Assembly: GCA_965261395.1 (NCBI GenBank) | Contig: OZ253462.1 | Location: 2,816,001-2,880,000 of the forward strand | DNA from: Candidatus Latescibacterota bacterium | GTDB taxonomy: Bacteria > Latescibacterota > UBA2968 > UBA8231 | DNA: 64,000 nt | Direction: 5' to 3' | Shown: one piece after another, positions 1 through 9,450 of the stretch | Layout: each line of letters opens with the position of its first letter | Numbering within the stretch: the stretch's first letter is position 1 | Notes under the pieces: generated by a model | Databases searched by the model: none | The model's input: the letters and a program-made list of their open reading frames with translations, nothing else | What the model was told of the DNA's origin: nothing | Translations under genes and position numbers: made by a program

Positions 1-2970
1 GTGTTCCTGGTGGAAATAGGCTCTTGAAAGAGCCTCCACCGCCTCAAAGTAGTATTCGCCGTCTCGCTGTTTGAATGGCATTTCATCTTTGCAAATCTGA
101 CATATCATCTTGCCGGAATCCTTCGTATATTGGTTTCTAAGATCAGTTTTAGGGTCAATAGCTCCTTGTGAAATTCGGACGTTTCTTGGTCGCTCCTCGT
201 ATTCTTTATCAGAAGCTTCATCGAGTTGTTCCTTAATTTTTTCTTTTCTACGGTTTGGATTACTTGATGCTCTCTCTGGAAATGTCGGCCTCTGCTTTTT
301 CGCCTTCTGCTGCTGAATAAATTCTTTCACCGCTTCGGGATCTTCTTTATTTACCCTTGCAAGCTCTTGAGCTTGCTCGACGGAATCAAATCCGATACTT
401 TTAGCAGCTTCTTCCTTGCGTAGATACTCTATAGTAGCTTCTTCCTTTTTTTTTCGTTCCTGTTCCGCACGATCACGCCTACTTTTTCCAAATTCGACTG
501 CTTCTAACCATTGTGCTCTGAGCCTATATGAGGATAGGAAATTTTCTGGGAGCAATTCTTCAACAGCTTCGGAAGGCTTAACAAATTTCTCTTCACCGTT
601 TTCTACTTGCGGTACCCAATTTTTTTCTATTAAACGATGAACAAGAGTAGAATTACCTTTTCTTGTATAAGAACTGGCATTGGGTCTATACTCAGCTTTG
701 AGACAATCATCAGATAATTCATTCATCGTATTCCAGATAAGTTGAGACTTCATCAAGTCGTGTTCATTCAATAACACATCAAACTCCGGTATATCATAGT
801 CCCCACTTATCTCATAGTGGGTTATTCTATCTCTATATTCTTTTAAATTTGCCGGATGATTCCATGATACATCTTGTTTTTTAGCACATAGTTTAGTTCG
901 TGCACCAACTGCTTCTACAAACTTTCCGATCTTCTCGGCACTAATCCCACAGTTTTTGTACTCTTCGGATAATGCCCAGCATTGCACATAATTTCCGTGG
1001 CGCAAAGAAAAAGAGAATGTCCGACGTTGTGCATCGTCGCCTAACGCTTCATAATAGGCTGATAGTCCAGTTTCATAGAATGGCGAATCAAGATAAACTT
1101 CGCTCGGCTTACCCCACTTTCCATCAGTCAGTTTGAATATAGAGTAACCTTTGAACATGTCTGCCTGTTCGGGATATTTCTCCACAAAATCAATGAAGCG
1201 CTTGATGTCCTTAATTTTTGATGCAAGTTCTTCGTTACTTCCATATCTATATCTATCCCTCAGAATAGCCTCAATTCGCACTTTCTCACCTACTTTACGA
1301 ACCCCGATTTTCTTAAGAAAATCGAGGGCTTTATCCTGTTGATTTTTGTCTTTACCTGACTCATAGAGGCCCTTGGCGACGCGAGGCATAGCTTCATCAC
1401 GCTCCACCCCATCGCTTGGAAAATAGCAAGCCGTTCCTATCCTGTACTTCTTATCGCTGCAGCGAATAATGAGAAGGTTTCGTAATCTGTAGGATCTGTC
1501 TCTTTCTAATTCACCCAATAACAAAACATAGAATCTCTGATGCCAATCGTATGTTTTTCTTTTTAGCCATTTTATTATCGTATCAGGCTTTTTAGATAAT
1601 TCATCTACAAGATCTGAGGTCGTCCATCGTGTGATCTCCAACATGAATAAAAAACGATCTTCCCGCTGGTTTCGTTGCGGAGGGTTTGCAATCCAAAGCG
1701 GAGGGGAGTGTCCATCGCCTATGATCTTCGCCAAATCTTTGTCTTCGATAATATCGGACAGCCGTGCTGCCCCTCTAAAAACATCCTTTGCAGGAGCATG
1801 ACCTCCCTGTTTCATCGGGACCAATTCTTCGTTATTGAACACCTCAACTAGTCTATCCATAATTGGCTTGTAGAACCAAGATAGACTGTCTTGATCACTA
1901 GGGAGCGTTGCCAAAAATCCTACGGTCAATAGCCCTCGATTACGTATAGCAGTCATTGACTCCGCGATTAAATTCGCCAAGTGGTCTCGCAGTTCATCAT
2001 TTTCCGGACAATTGCGAACGCTATCACGAGCAACGGTTGAGGCAAAGGGTGCGTGGAGATGAAATCGCAGATTGGACGTTTCCTTTTCGGCAGGGAAGTA
2101 AATGGAGACTTGCCCCGGCTCTAACGACTTTATTCTCCATTGAACACTTTGGGATCGCTCTTGTCCTTTAGTTGGTCTTTTCGCAACCTGTTCTTGTTCT
2201 CTCTCTAAAAGGAAGGCTATGGCAATTCGGCACGATTTTAACTCACCTTTTTCGTCCTTCACCTCAACTTCTTTTTCAAACCGAAGAAAAGAGACTGAAT
2301 CCGGTTCCGGGTATCCTAGACGCTGGACAAGAATCTCAACTCTGTTTTCCTGACCTGTTTCTCTCCGCTCGATAAAACCCTCAGTCAAATCAGGCAGCCG
2401 ATATTCTATTTTTTTGATATTGCTGAGGAAGAGAAGCGTACTTTCGTCCAACTCCTGTAGATTTCTTTCTATTTCATCACGAGCTCTTTCAGGTGGCTTT
2501 GCGTCATTATCAAAAGGGAAAAAGAAGTAGGTCTGTTTCTCTCCCCGAGGACAGAAAGCCAATTCTTCCGTATCGGGCACGACCAAATCACGAATGCGAA
2601 AATGATATTCGCCCGATGCAATTTCAGGCGTCTCTGTATAGGCAAATACAGCCTTAAAACCAACACCAAACTTGCCGATGCTGGTTTGATCCTCTCTCTT
2701 TGTGCTGGAGCCGATGCTTGTAATGGAGTCCACATCCTCTAGAGTGAATAGTTGAGCTCCGTTGTGTTCAAATTCGACACTGTCCTCTCCGAGAGTGAAG
2801 CGCACCTCTGTTGCGTGAACATCCTCAGCATTCTGTAGAAGCTCATAAATGAAGTGCGCGTTGTCGGGATATAGATCGGTTAGTAAACGTCTGATGCCGT
2901 CATCAAAGCCGTTTTCGCGATTCGCCTCTACCCACTTCAAACGTTTCTGTCGTAATTCTTCCAAGCTCAT
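1..2970 (-). CDS. Sacsin-like N-terminal GHKL ATPase protein with C-terminal HNH-like/Zn-binding nuclease domain (3' end beyond window)
   Basis: Absent from the ORF track because it has no stop in the window. ATG at 2970 overlaps the helicase stop (ATGA). Manual translation gives MSLEELRQKR...HFIYELLQNAED...FEHNG...IGKFGVGFKAVF, and near position 1 KMICQICKDEMPFKQRDGEYYFEAVE in the same frame. Low GC. Confidence 0.85.
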   Translation of the reverse strand, partial: MSLEELRQKRLKWVEANRENGFDDGIRRLLTDLYPDNAHFIYELLQNAEDVHATEVRFTLGEDSVEFEHNGAQLFTLEDVDSITSIGSSTKREDQTSIGKFGVGFKAVFAYTETPEIASGEYHFRIRDLVVPDTEELAFCPRGEKQTYFFFPFDNDAKPPERARDEIERNLQELDESTLLFLSNIKKIEYRLPDLTEGFIERRETGQENRVEILVQRLGYPEPDSVSFLRFEKEVEVKDEKGELKSCRIAIAFLLEREQEQVAKRPTKGQERSQSVQWRIKSLEPGQVSIYFPAEKETSNLRFHLHAPFASTVARDSVRNCPENDELRDHLANLIAESMTAIRNRGLLTVGFLATLPSDQDSLSWFYKPIMDRLVEVFNNEELVPMKQGGHAPAKDVFRGAARLSDIIEDKDLAKIIGDGHSPPLWIANPPQRNQREDRFLFMLEITRWTTSDLVDELSKKPDTIIKWLKRKTYDWHQRFYVLLLGELERDRSYRLRNLLIIRCSDKKYRIGTACYFPSDGVERDEAMPRVAKGLYESGKDKNQQDKALDFLKKIGVRKVGEKVRIEAILRDRYRYGSNEELASKIKDIKRFIDFVEKYPEQADMFKGYSIFKLTDGKWGKPSEVYLDSPFYETGLSAYYEALGDDAQRRTFSFSLRHGNYVQCWALSEEYKNCGISAEKIGKFVEAVGARTKLCAKKQDVSWNHPANLKEYRDRITHYEISGDYDIPEFDVLLNEHDLMKSQLIWNTMNELSDDCLKAEYRPNASSYTRKGNSTLVHRLIEKNWVPQVENGEEKFVKPSEAVEELLPENFLSSYRLRAQWLEAVEFGKSRRDRAEQERKKKEEATIEYLRKEEAAKSIGFDSVEQAQELARVNKEDPEAVKEFIQQQKAKKQRPTFPERASSNPNRRKEKIKEQLDEASDKEYEERPRNVRISQGAIDPKTDLRNQYTKDSGKMICQICKDEMPFKQRDGEYYFEAVEALSRAYFHQEH

Positions 2971-5900
2971 TTTGTTCCCTCAATGTTGAGAATCCCATAC
3001 GCCACCGGCTCAGCCACAATATCGATTTTCTCCTCGGCCCTATCCAACTCCTCAGCGCGCCTGTTATAGTCAGCCTCTGCTCGGCCTATCTGCGACTGCC
3101 GCATTCTCTGTATGTTCTCATCACTTGCCTTTTCAAGCTGCTCTCTGAGAAGTGCCATCTGCGCCCGATGGCTCGTCGCCAAACTCTCTCTGCGGTACGC
3201 TGCCAATTCCTCAGTCCGTTGCTGGTGTTCTGTCCGTGCCTCAGACCACAGCCGATGATGCTGTTCCTCCAGTTCGGCCCACTCGCCCTGTTCCCCCGCT
3301 TCGGCATCCTCCGCCCTCTCTAAAAGGCGGCCCAAATACGGCTCTACTGCATCCGACGAGGCAACCAGCTTGAGCTTTAAATCTTCCCGGATGCCGTAAA
3401 ACCGCCACTGATAAACGACGAATTGATACCGGCCAGTGGGCACATCATCGTCCCGCACCTTCAGATGTACGACGGCCCGTTCATCACTATCAAAAAATCG
3501 GGCCGCCTGTTTCACCAAAGGATGCAGCGGCATGACGAAAGCAGCCTCTGGATTCTGTGTGGCACAATCCTGCTCAAAGGTTATTTGCAGATACTGGTCG
3601 TCCCCTTTCAGCCACGTCTCCCATTCTCGATAGGTGCTCTGCCTAGGAAGTTTTTGGAAATCGCGCAACAAACGGTTTCGTGCATCCTGTGCAAGCCTTA
3701 GCGTTTTCAGAGGCTTCTCGCCGAGAATGAAATCCCGCTCTTCCCCACATCGCTGCTGTAAATAGAGCGCGACGAGCCTTTGCAACGAACCCGGCGTCAA
3801 CCAAAAGCTCGAAGCGTCTCTAATCTCCCTCTTCATCTGGTCTTCAGGGAGGCGAATCCCAAAAAGCTCCATCTGCTTCTGTTCCAACCCTTCCTGTTCT
3901 TGTATCAAGCGAATTTCATTGTCTGCTAACTGCTGGAGTTGGGCCTGACGCTCCGCTTCGCTCAAGGCATAGTTCTCGGCAATGTTCTTTATTTCTCTGG
4001 AAATCTCCCCGAGGATCTCTTCGCTAGAGCCGAGAGCCTGCTCAAATACGCCGATGCGTTTGAGGCAACGCTCATAAATGTCCGCGTCAACAGTCCCCGG
4101 CGTAATCAAGTTGACGATGGCGACATTCGGACTCTTCTGGCCGTTGCGGTCAATGCGACCGATCCGCTGCTCAACACGCATCGGATTCCAAGGCAAGTCA
4201 TAGTTCACAATGCAATCGCAGAATTGGTAATCCAAGCCCTCGCAACCAATCTCTGAAAACAGCAAGACATCGAGAGCATCGCTGTCCTCGCGCGGCTTCT
4301 CAAACAGACGCCGCATTTCAACGCGTTCCTCATCCGGCGTCCCGCCGTGGACCATGGCGACGCGCACACCGTCTGCCTTGAGCTTCTCATAAAGATAATA
4401 CAGCGTGTGGCGAAAGCTGCTGAACAGCATGACCTTGTTGTTGTCCAAGTCTTGCTTCCCCCGGATGACTGTACGTAGTGCCTCAAACTTTGGATCGCGA
4501 GGATCAAGCCCACGTGCTTTCTCAAGTACACCCTCGATATGGGATCGGATCGCGCTGACAGCATCACTTGGGGGGACGGGTTCCCCATCGTCGGCTTCCT
4601 CCCATTCCAATTCGTCAAGCCGGCGATTCAGAATGCTCTCGAGGAAGGGGATCAATCCATACAAGCAACTTGCGGCCTGACGTCTAATCGTGGTCATCAT
4701 AAATTTGATATTTCTATCCCCGTGAAGCCGACTGAATATGTCCGCCTGAACAGCGAGTAATTCGTCGTGAAGCTGCTTTTGGCTGGGAGTGAACTCAACA
4801 TCTCTCGTCTCCGGCTTCCTCACGGTGAATTCCCCAATATCGCGCCGCCGTGTCCTGTTGATCATGCTCGCAAGAGTATGCAGCGCTTCCATATCCGTAA
4901 TGAGTTGGATACGTTCATCCGCAGCTACGCAGCCCTCAGCAAGTTGCCCCCTGACCCGCTTAAATTCAGGATTGCGGCTGAGAATGGCTCGTCCCCAACC
5001 CGTAGCGGCCGCTCCGTCAAGCGCACCCAGGGCTCGATCCGTCCAATCCGCCGCTTGGGTCCGCGCATGATCCACCGCCTTATTGATAAACGGATTCGGC
5101 GCGGCCATGTGCTCAAAGCTCTCCATATCCTGAATCAGATCGGGCCTCAGCACATTTAGCAGCACAAACAGGTCTTCGCTGCCTAGCTGGATCGGGGTCG
5201 CGGTTAAAAAGACCGCAGCCTCGGCGTAATCACAGAAAAACCGGACGGCCTCTTGATAATTGTTCGGATTGCGGATGTGATGCGCTTCATCTACGATCAC
5301 GAGATCGAAACGCGGCGGCGGATCCAAATCTAATAGCCCTTTTCCCCGCCTTCGTCTGCCCTCTGGCCCGTAAAGAAGTTCTTTGTTAAACAACGAGTAT
5401 GGTAGAATCGCTTTCTGATACTGAACGGGCCACTCGCCTTCTAGATCGATCTCCTTGATGCAGTACCTAAGCGTTGGGCCGTCCAAATGAGTGAACTGTT
5501 CGCCAAACCGCTTCATCTCACTTCTCCACTTGCCCTCGGTCAACAACGGACGGGGACATATAATGAGTACAGATTTGATCTCCCGCCGCGCTTGCAACTC
5601 CCGCAGGATCAATCCAGCCTCAATGGTCTTGCCAACCCCGACGCCATCCGCGATCAACAGACGCGGACGGTCTGACCGAATGAACCTCAGTACGGGCCGG
5701 AACTGATACGGGATGAAATTGACGCGCGCCGCGTTCAGCGAATACAACGTCGATAGACTGGGATGACGGATCTGTAGCGCGGTTAGGTAAGCGTGAAACA
5801 GGTCGCACGAAAGCGGCTGCAACTCGTCAGCGGGCTGATCCGCGGCCTGCAACTGGGAGGCGTAATACGTCTGTACGCTGCTACCCATAAATACCTCAAC

Positions 5901-6833
5901 CCGATCTTCGGCCTGTCCCGATAGCACCTTCATCACCGCACCTCTCAGTGAGGGATTGGACTTCAAGACGACCATTTGACCCGGTGCAAACTCCGTTTGG
6001 TCTGGTATATACGTTGACACCTTTTCGGCTGTTTGCGAGGCTAGGGAGCGGTGGGTGTGCGTTAGCCCCTTTTCTTCGGTCATCTGCATGGCACTAGCGG
6101 CAAGCAGGCGACCGAGCAGTTCCAGATCGATCATTCGCGCATGTCCGCAGACAGCTAGTACCTGTCCAAAATGCGTATCGAGCGATTGGCGTATCTGGTG
6201 TTTTCCGTCCACGACATCATCGGTCATGTAGCGGACTAAAATCTCGGCTGCCTTGGCGAGATGGTAGAGCCCGATCAATTCGAGCGCGACCGCCTTGGCA
6301 TGGGCCGGTTCTTGTTCTATAAGATACTTCTTTTCAAAATCAGATTGGTCATCGCGCAGGCGAGAGATTTGTTTCAAGACTGCGCCGAGGTCGGTATAGC
6401 GCTTGCGGATTAGTCGTAGCCAAACATCAAGGACTGTCGCCCAAGTGCGCTTGTGCCAATTTTCCGAATCAACGGGAAGCTCAGCCCAAGGTTCTTTCTC
6501 CAACCACTGCTCTGCATCAGTCCCTTTGTCTCCCAATACGGCGAGGCTGCCCGCTCTCAATAGGAATTTCCCGGCATCGAATGGCTCAGCCGGACGGGGC
6601 AAGGCACGCAGCAAGCAAAAGGCATCAGCAGCGGCGCGTTGCAATTCCCTTTGTTTTTCCTCATCATGCGCTGCGCCCTCAAGCACGAGATCGAGCACAG
6701 CTATTTCCAGCACGTCAGCAGCACGTCGGATCAATTTTTCGTCTGCCAGTTTGTGCGAATTCTGTGCACGTTGAGCTAGGTTCAGCGCCTGTTGGCGTAT
6801 CTCTTCCTGTTCTTCAAGCAGCCAATGACTCAT
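2967..6833 (-). CDS. SNF2/RapA-type SF2 helicase with extra ~250-aa N-terminal helical domain
   Basis: 1288 aa; motifs LLIADGVGVGKT, VIVDEAHH, LTATP, EGLDYQ, NYDLPWNPMRVEQRIGRIDR; coiled-coil C-terminus. Confidence 0.9.
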   Translation of the reverse strand: MSHWLLEEQEEIRQQALNLAQRAQNSHKLADEKLIRRAADVLEIAVLDLVLEGAAHDEEKQRELQRAAADAFCLLRALPRPAEPFDAGKFLLRAGSLAVLGDKGTDAEQWLEKEPWAELPVDSENWHKRTWATVLDVWLRLIRKRYTDLGAVLKQISRLRDDQSDFEKKYLIEQEPAHAKAVALELIGLYHLAKAAEILVRYMTDDVVDGKHQIRQSLDTHFGQVLAVCGHARMIDLELLGRLLAASAMQMTEEKGLTHTHRSLASQTAEKVSTYIPDQTEFAPGQMVVLKSNPSLRGAVMKVLSGQAEDRVEVFMGSSVQTYYASQLQAADQPADELQPLSCDLFHAYLTALQIRHPSLSTLYSLNAARVNFIPYQFRPVLRFIRSDRPRLLIADGVGVGKTIEAGLILRELQARREIKSVLIICPRPLLTEGKWRSEMKRFGEQFTHLDGPTLRYCIKEIDLEGEWPVQYQKAILPYSLFNKELLYGPEGRRRRGKGLLDLDPPPRFDLVIVDEAHHIRNPNNYQEAVRFFCDYAEAAVFLTATPIQLGSEDLFVLLNVLRPDLIQDMESFEHMAAPNPFINKAVDHARTQAADWTDRALGALDGAAATGWGRAILSRNPEFKRVRGQLAEGCVAADERIQLITDMEALHTLASMINRTRRRDIGEFTVRKPETRDVEFTPSQKQLHDELLAVQADIFSRLHGDRNIKFMMTTIRRQAASCLYGLIPFLESILNRRLDELEWEEADDGEPVPPSDAVSAIRSHIEGVLEKARGLDPRDPKFEALRTVIRGKQDLDNNKVMLFSSFRHTLYYLYEKLKADGVRVAMVHGGTPDEERVEMRRLFEKPREDSDALDVLLFSEIGCEGLDYQFCDCIVNYDLPWNPMRVEQRIGRIDRNGQKSPNVAIVNLITPGTVDADIYERCLKRIGVFEQALGSSEEILGEISREIKNIAENYALSEAERQAQLQQLADNEIRLIQEQEGLEQKQMELFGIRLPEDQMKREIRDASSFWLTPGSLQRLVALYLQQRCGEERDFILGEKPLKTLRLAQDARNRLLRDFQKLPRQSTYREWETWLKGDDQYLQITFEQDCATQNPEAAFVMPLHPLVKQAARFFDSDERAVVHLKVRDDDVPTGRYQFVVYQWRFYGIREDLKLKLVASSDAVEPYLGRLLERAEDAEAGEQGEWAELEEQHHRLWSEARTEHQQRTEELAAYRRESLATSHRAQMALLREQLEKASDENIQRMRQSQIGRAEADYNRRAEELDRAEEKIDIVAEPVAYGILNIEGTK

Positions 6834-7624
6834 GGCGCACCTCCAGGTATGCGAGATGGAAGGTCACCGATGGCGCAAGGCAGATATATTGCGCTCAAGT
6901 CGCATGTTGTCGGGTATTCCAGTTTTCCCGCCATAGTTTGCCCTCGTGCCTGTAAATCTAGCTCATTGGGCTGCGTATCCCGAATCAGAACCCCAAAGAG
7001 CGCAAGTGCCTTATTTCCCGACTCAAGGAATAGCCCAACCGCTGCCTTGAATGATGTTTCATAGACCGGCCCTTTACAACGGGGTAAAAGCCACTCGAGA
7101 AGTTGACGAACCAAGGACAGATCGTTTGCTAAGTTGTCTATCTGGTGCATTAAACCACTCCGACCGCTCATTACACTCGGTGGCGTTTTGATGTCAGTGG
7201 ATGATTTCACCTCACCTAGCACGAGGCGTGTAGCCTCGCCCTCAACTATAAAGCCGACCAGATCTGCACCCGGAAGGCTAGCATTAGGATGCCGTTTGTC
7301 GCGTTCCGTGTTCCAAGGCCATGTGATTTTGTAGTCGCGACTCAGGTATGCTTCAGCCATTGCTTCGCCCACCGCCCAACTTGGTTTTTCGCTTATTTCG
7401 GCTGCCAGAATTTCCTCAAGGCTATCTCGAGCGAATCCCGTGTTGGCTAAGTTTTGAAGATACGTTTCAAATTCGGCCTTACCTTCTTCATCGCAAAGCC
7501 GTGACGAAACTTCGTCGGACATAAACGAATTGAACGCATCGCCATCTTTCATGCTTACACCCCGCCAAGACACCTGACGGTCCTGTCCTTCGTAGTTTAC
7601 GGTTAATATATCTGATTCTGTCAT
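6830..7624 (-). CDS. PD-(D/E)xK nuclease-like protein, Hachiman HamA (DUF1837)-like
   Basis: 264 aa; VGEAMAEAYL...SLPGADLVG...LVLGEVKSS (E..D..ExK); stop overlaps the helicase start. Confidence 0.65.
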   Translation of the reverse strand: MTESDILTVNYEGQDRQVSWRGVSMKDGDAFNSFMSDEVSSRLCDEEGKAEFETYLQNLANTGFARDSLEEILAAEISEKPSWAVGEAMAEAYLSRDYKITWPWNTERDKRHPNASLPGADLVGFIVEGEATRLVLGEVKSSTDIKTPPSVMSGRSGLMHQIDNLANDLSLVRQLLEWLLPRCKGPVYETSFKAAVGLFLESGNKALALFGVLIRDTQPNELDLQARGQTMAGKLEYPTTCDLSAIYLPCAIGDLPSRIPGGAP

Positions 7625-7705
7625 ACCCTCATCTCGCGGACCCTCAGCCGCGCTGCCGTTTTAATTTGCTCCACCAGCACCAGCACGGCCGCTTGGGGCA
7701 CTATC

Positions 7706-9337
7706 CTAAAAGAAATACCAATACATCGCGCCGTACACCACCAGCAACCCCACCGCTCCCAGCCAATAAACCCGATCCTGCTTACGGGTCGGCATCAGCG
7801 TCTCGTCGCCCCGCTCCAAGAGCACCGGTTTCTCGTCGCCAAACGCCAAGCTGAAGCCGAAAAGCAGCACGCTGGCCACGGCAAAAATGACGAAGGCCGC
7901 GTGTAGAAAGTGTATCTCCAAAAAGGCCAGTCCCAATCCCTCTTCTCCACAGACCAGTCGGTTGAGCAATGCCGAGTCGCTGACCAGCCACAGGAAGATG
8001 CCAAAGATGGAACCAGCGATCAGGGTCGCAAAGGCCCCTTTGCGCGTGGGCCGCTTCGACACCAGGCCCCATAGGAAACAAGCCACAATGGTGCCTGGTA
8101 TGTAGGAGGCGAACTTGGCCAGATACTCGTAGAGAAAGCGGAACTGCGGAATGACCACAATCGCCCACAACACCCCAATGACAACTATGACAGCAGATAG
8201 TATCCGCCCCGCCCACACCAAGCGCTGCTGAGTCGCCTCGGGCCGATAGGGCTGATACCAATCCATGGCAAACAAGCCCGAGGCCGCGCAGATCTCCGAG
8301 TCTAGCGAACTCATTAGCGCCGCGATCAGCCCGGCCAACACCAAACCCACCAAGCCAGTCGGCAGCAGGGTTTGCACCATTGCCGGATAGAGCTGATCCG
8401 GGCTGGAGACTTCGAGCAGCGGCTGCGGGCCCTGCGCCATGACATAGCCCATCAGCCCTGGAATCAGAATGATAAAGACCGCCACTACTTTCAGCAGCCC
8501 GGCCAGCAGCCCACCCATCCGCGCCTCGTGGACGCTGCGGGCCGCCAAGGCGCGCTGCACCATGACGTGGCTGGTCGCACCAAAGGCCAAAGCATGTATC
8601 GTCAGACCCAGCACCACGCCACTCCAAGGCACGTTGGGATGATCGAGCGGCTGCACCAGCGACAGCATGTCCCAATCGTCCGGCCCTTGTAACCCCTGCA
8701 TCCGCGCCTCAAAGACGTCCCAGCCCCCCAGATAGTCCAAGCCTATCCAGAGCATGGCCACGCCCCCGACAACCAACAGCAAGCACTGGACAAAGTCCGT
8801 CAAAATGACGGCGCGCAAACCGCCTACCATAGCGTACGGGCCGGCCGCCAGCGCCAAGATCAGCACCCCCGGCACAATCGACTCAAACCCGAACAGCACT
8901 TCCATCACCCGCCCGCCGGCGTACAGAGAACCGGGAATGCCGGCAAACGCAATGGTCACGAGGGTGAGTAATGAAAAGAAGCGGCGGCTTTCTGGACCGT
9001 AGCGCCGCTCCAAGAACTCCGGCGTGGTATATAGCCCCAGCCGCATGTACACCGGCAGGAAGACCGCCCCCATCGCCACGAAGGCCAACACTCCGGCTAG
9101 CTGGTAATTGGCGACCGCCAAACCAACGACAAAGGCCAAACCCGCTTGGCCGACGAACTGCTCGGCGGAAATGTTGGTGGCAAACATGGATGCGCCGACA
9201 AAGGGCCAGCGCATACTGCGTCCAGCGAGGAAGAAGTCGCTCGTGCCGCGGACGCGGCGGCTAGCCACAACCGCTATGGCGACGACCACGAGCAGGTAAG
9301 CCGCGATGATCGCACTGTCGAGCGCGGAAATGTTCAT
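7706..9337 (-). CDS. Sodium:solute symporter (SSS/SLC5, sugar-type)
   Basis: DFFLAGRSM, SMFATNIS, TTPEFLERRY, GGLRAVILTD, VQRALAARS, AALMSSLDS; many hydrophobic segments. Confidence 0.93.
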   Translation of the reverse strand: MNISALDSAIIAAYLLVVVAIAVVASRRVRGTSDFFLAGRSMRWPFVGASMFATNISAEQFVGQAGLAFVVGLAVANYQLAGVLAFVAMGAVFLPVYMRLGLYTTPEFLERRYGPESRRFFSLLTLVTIAFAGIPGSLYAGGRVMEVLFGFESIVPGVLILALAAGPYAMVGGLRAVILTDFVQCLLLVVGGVAMLWIGLDYLGGWDVFEARMQGLQGPDDWDMLSLVQPLDHPNVPWSGVVLGLTIHALAFGATSHVMVQRALAARSVHEARMGGLLAGLLKVVAVFIILIPGLMGYVMAQGPQPLLEVSSPDQLYPAMVQTLLPTGLVGLVLAGLIAALMSSLDSEICAASGLFAMDWYQPYRPEATQQRLVWAGRILSAVIVVIGVLWAIVVIPQFRFLYEYLAKFASYIPGTIVACFLWGLVSKRPTRKGAFATLIAGSIFGIFLWLVSDSALLNRLVCGEEGLGLAFLEIHFLHAAFVIFAVASVLLFGFSLAFGDEKPVLLERGDETLMPTRKQDRVYWLGAVGLLVVYGAMYWYFF

Positions 9338-9390
9338 TGGAACTCACCCACTGCCCTTGCAGCGAGTCCTAAAGGAGTGCCAAACAGCAA

Positions 9391-9422
9391 AGCGGTGTCG
9401 GCATGCTACTCCCGACACCGCT
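9391..9422 (-). terminator. Intrinsic terminator-like hairpin
   Basis: AGCGGTGTCGG-N10-CCGACACCGCT followed by a T-rich tract on the minus strand, downstream of 9451..10380. Confidence 0.6.
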
Positions 9423-9450
9423 CGCGTTAGCAGTTTACAGTTTTCACACT

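Noticed and set aside
2967-6833. DISARM (drmD) or canonical Hachiman call
   Set aside because: No drmA/B/C or methyltransferase adjacent in the window, and the helicase is SNF2-type rather than Ski2-like HamB.
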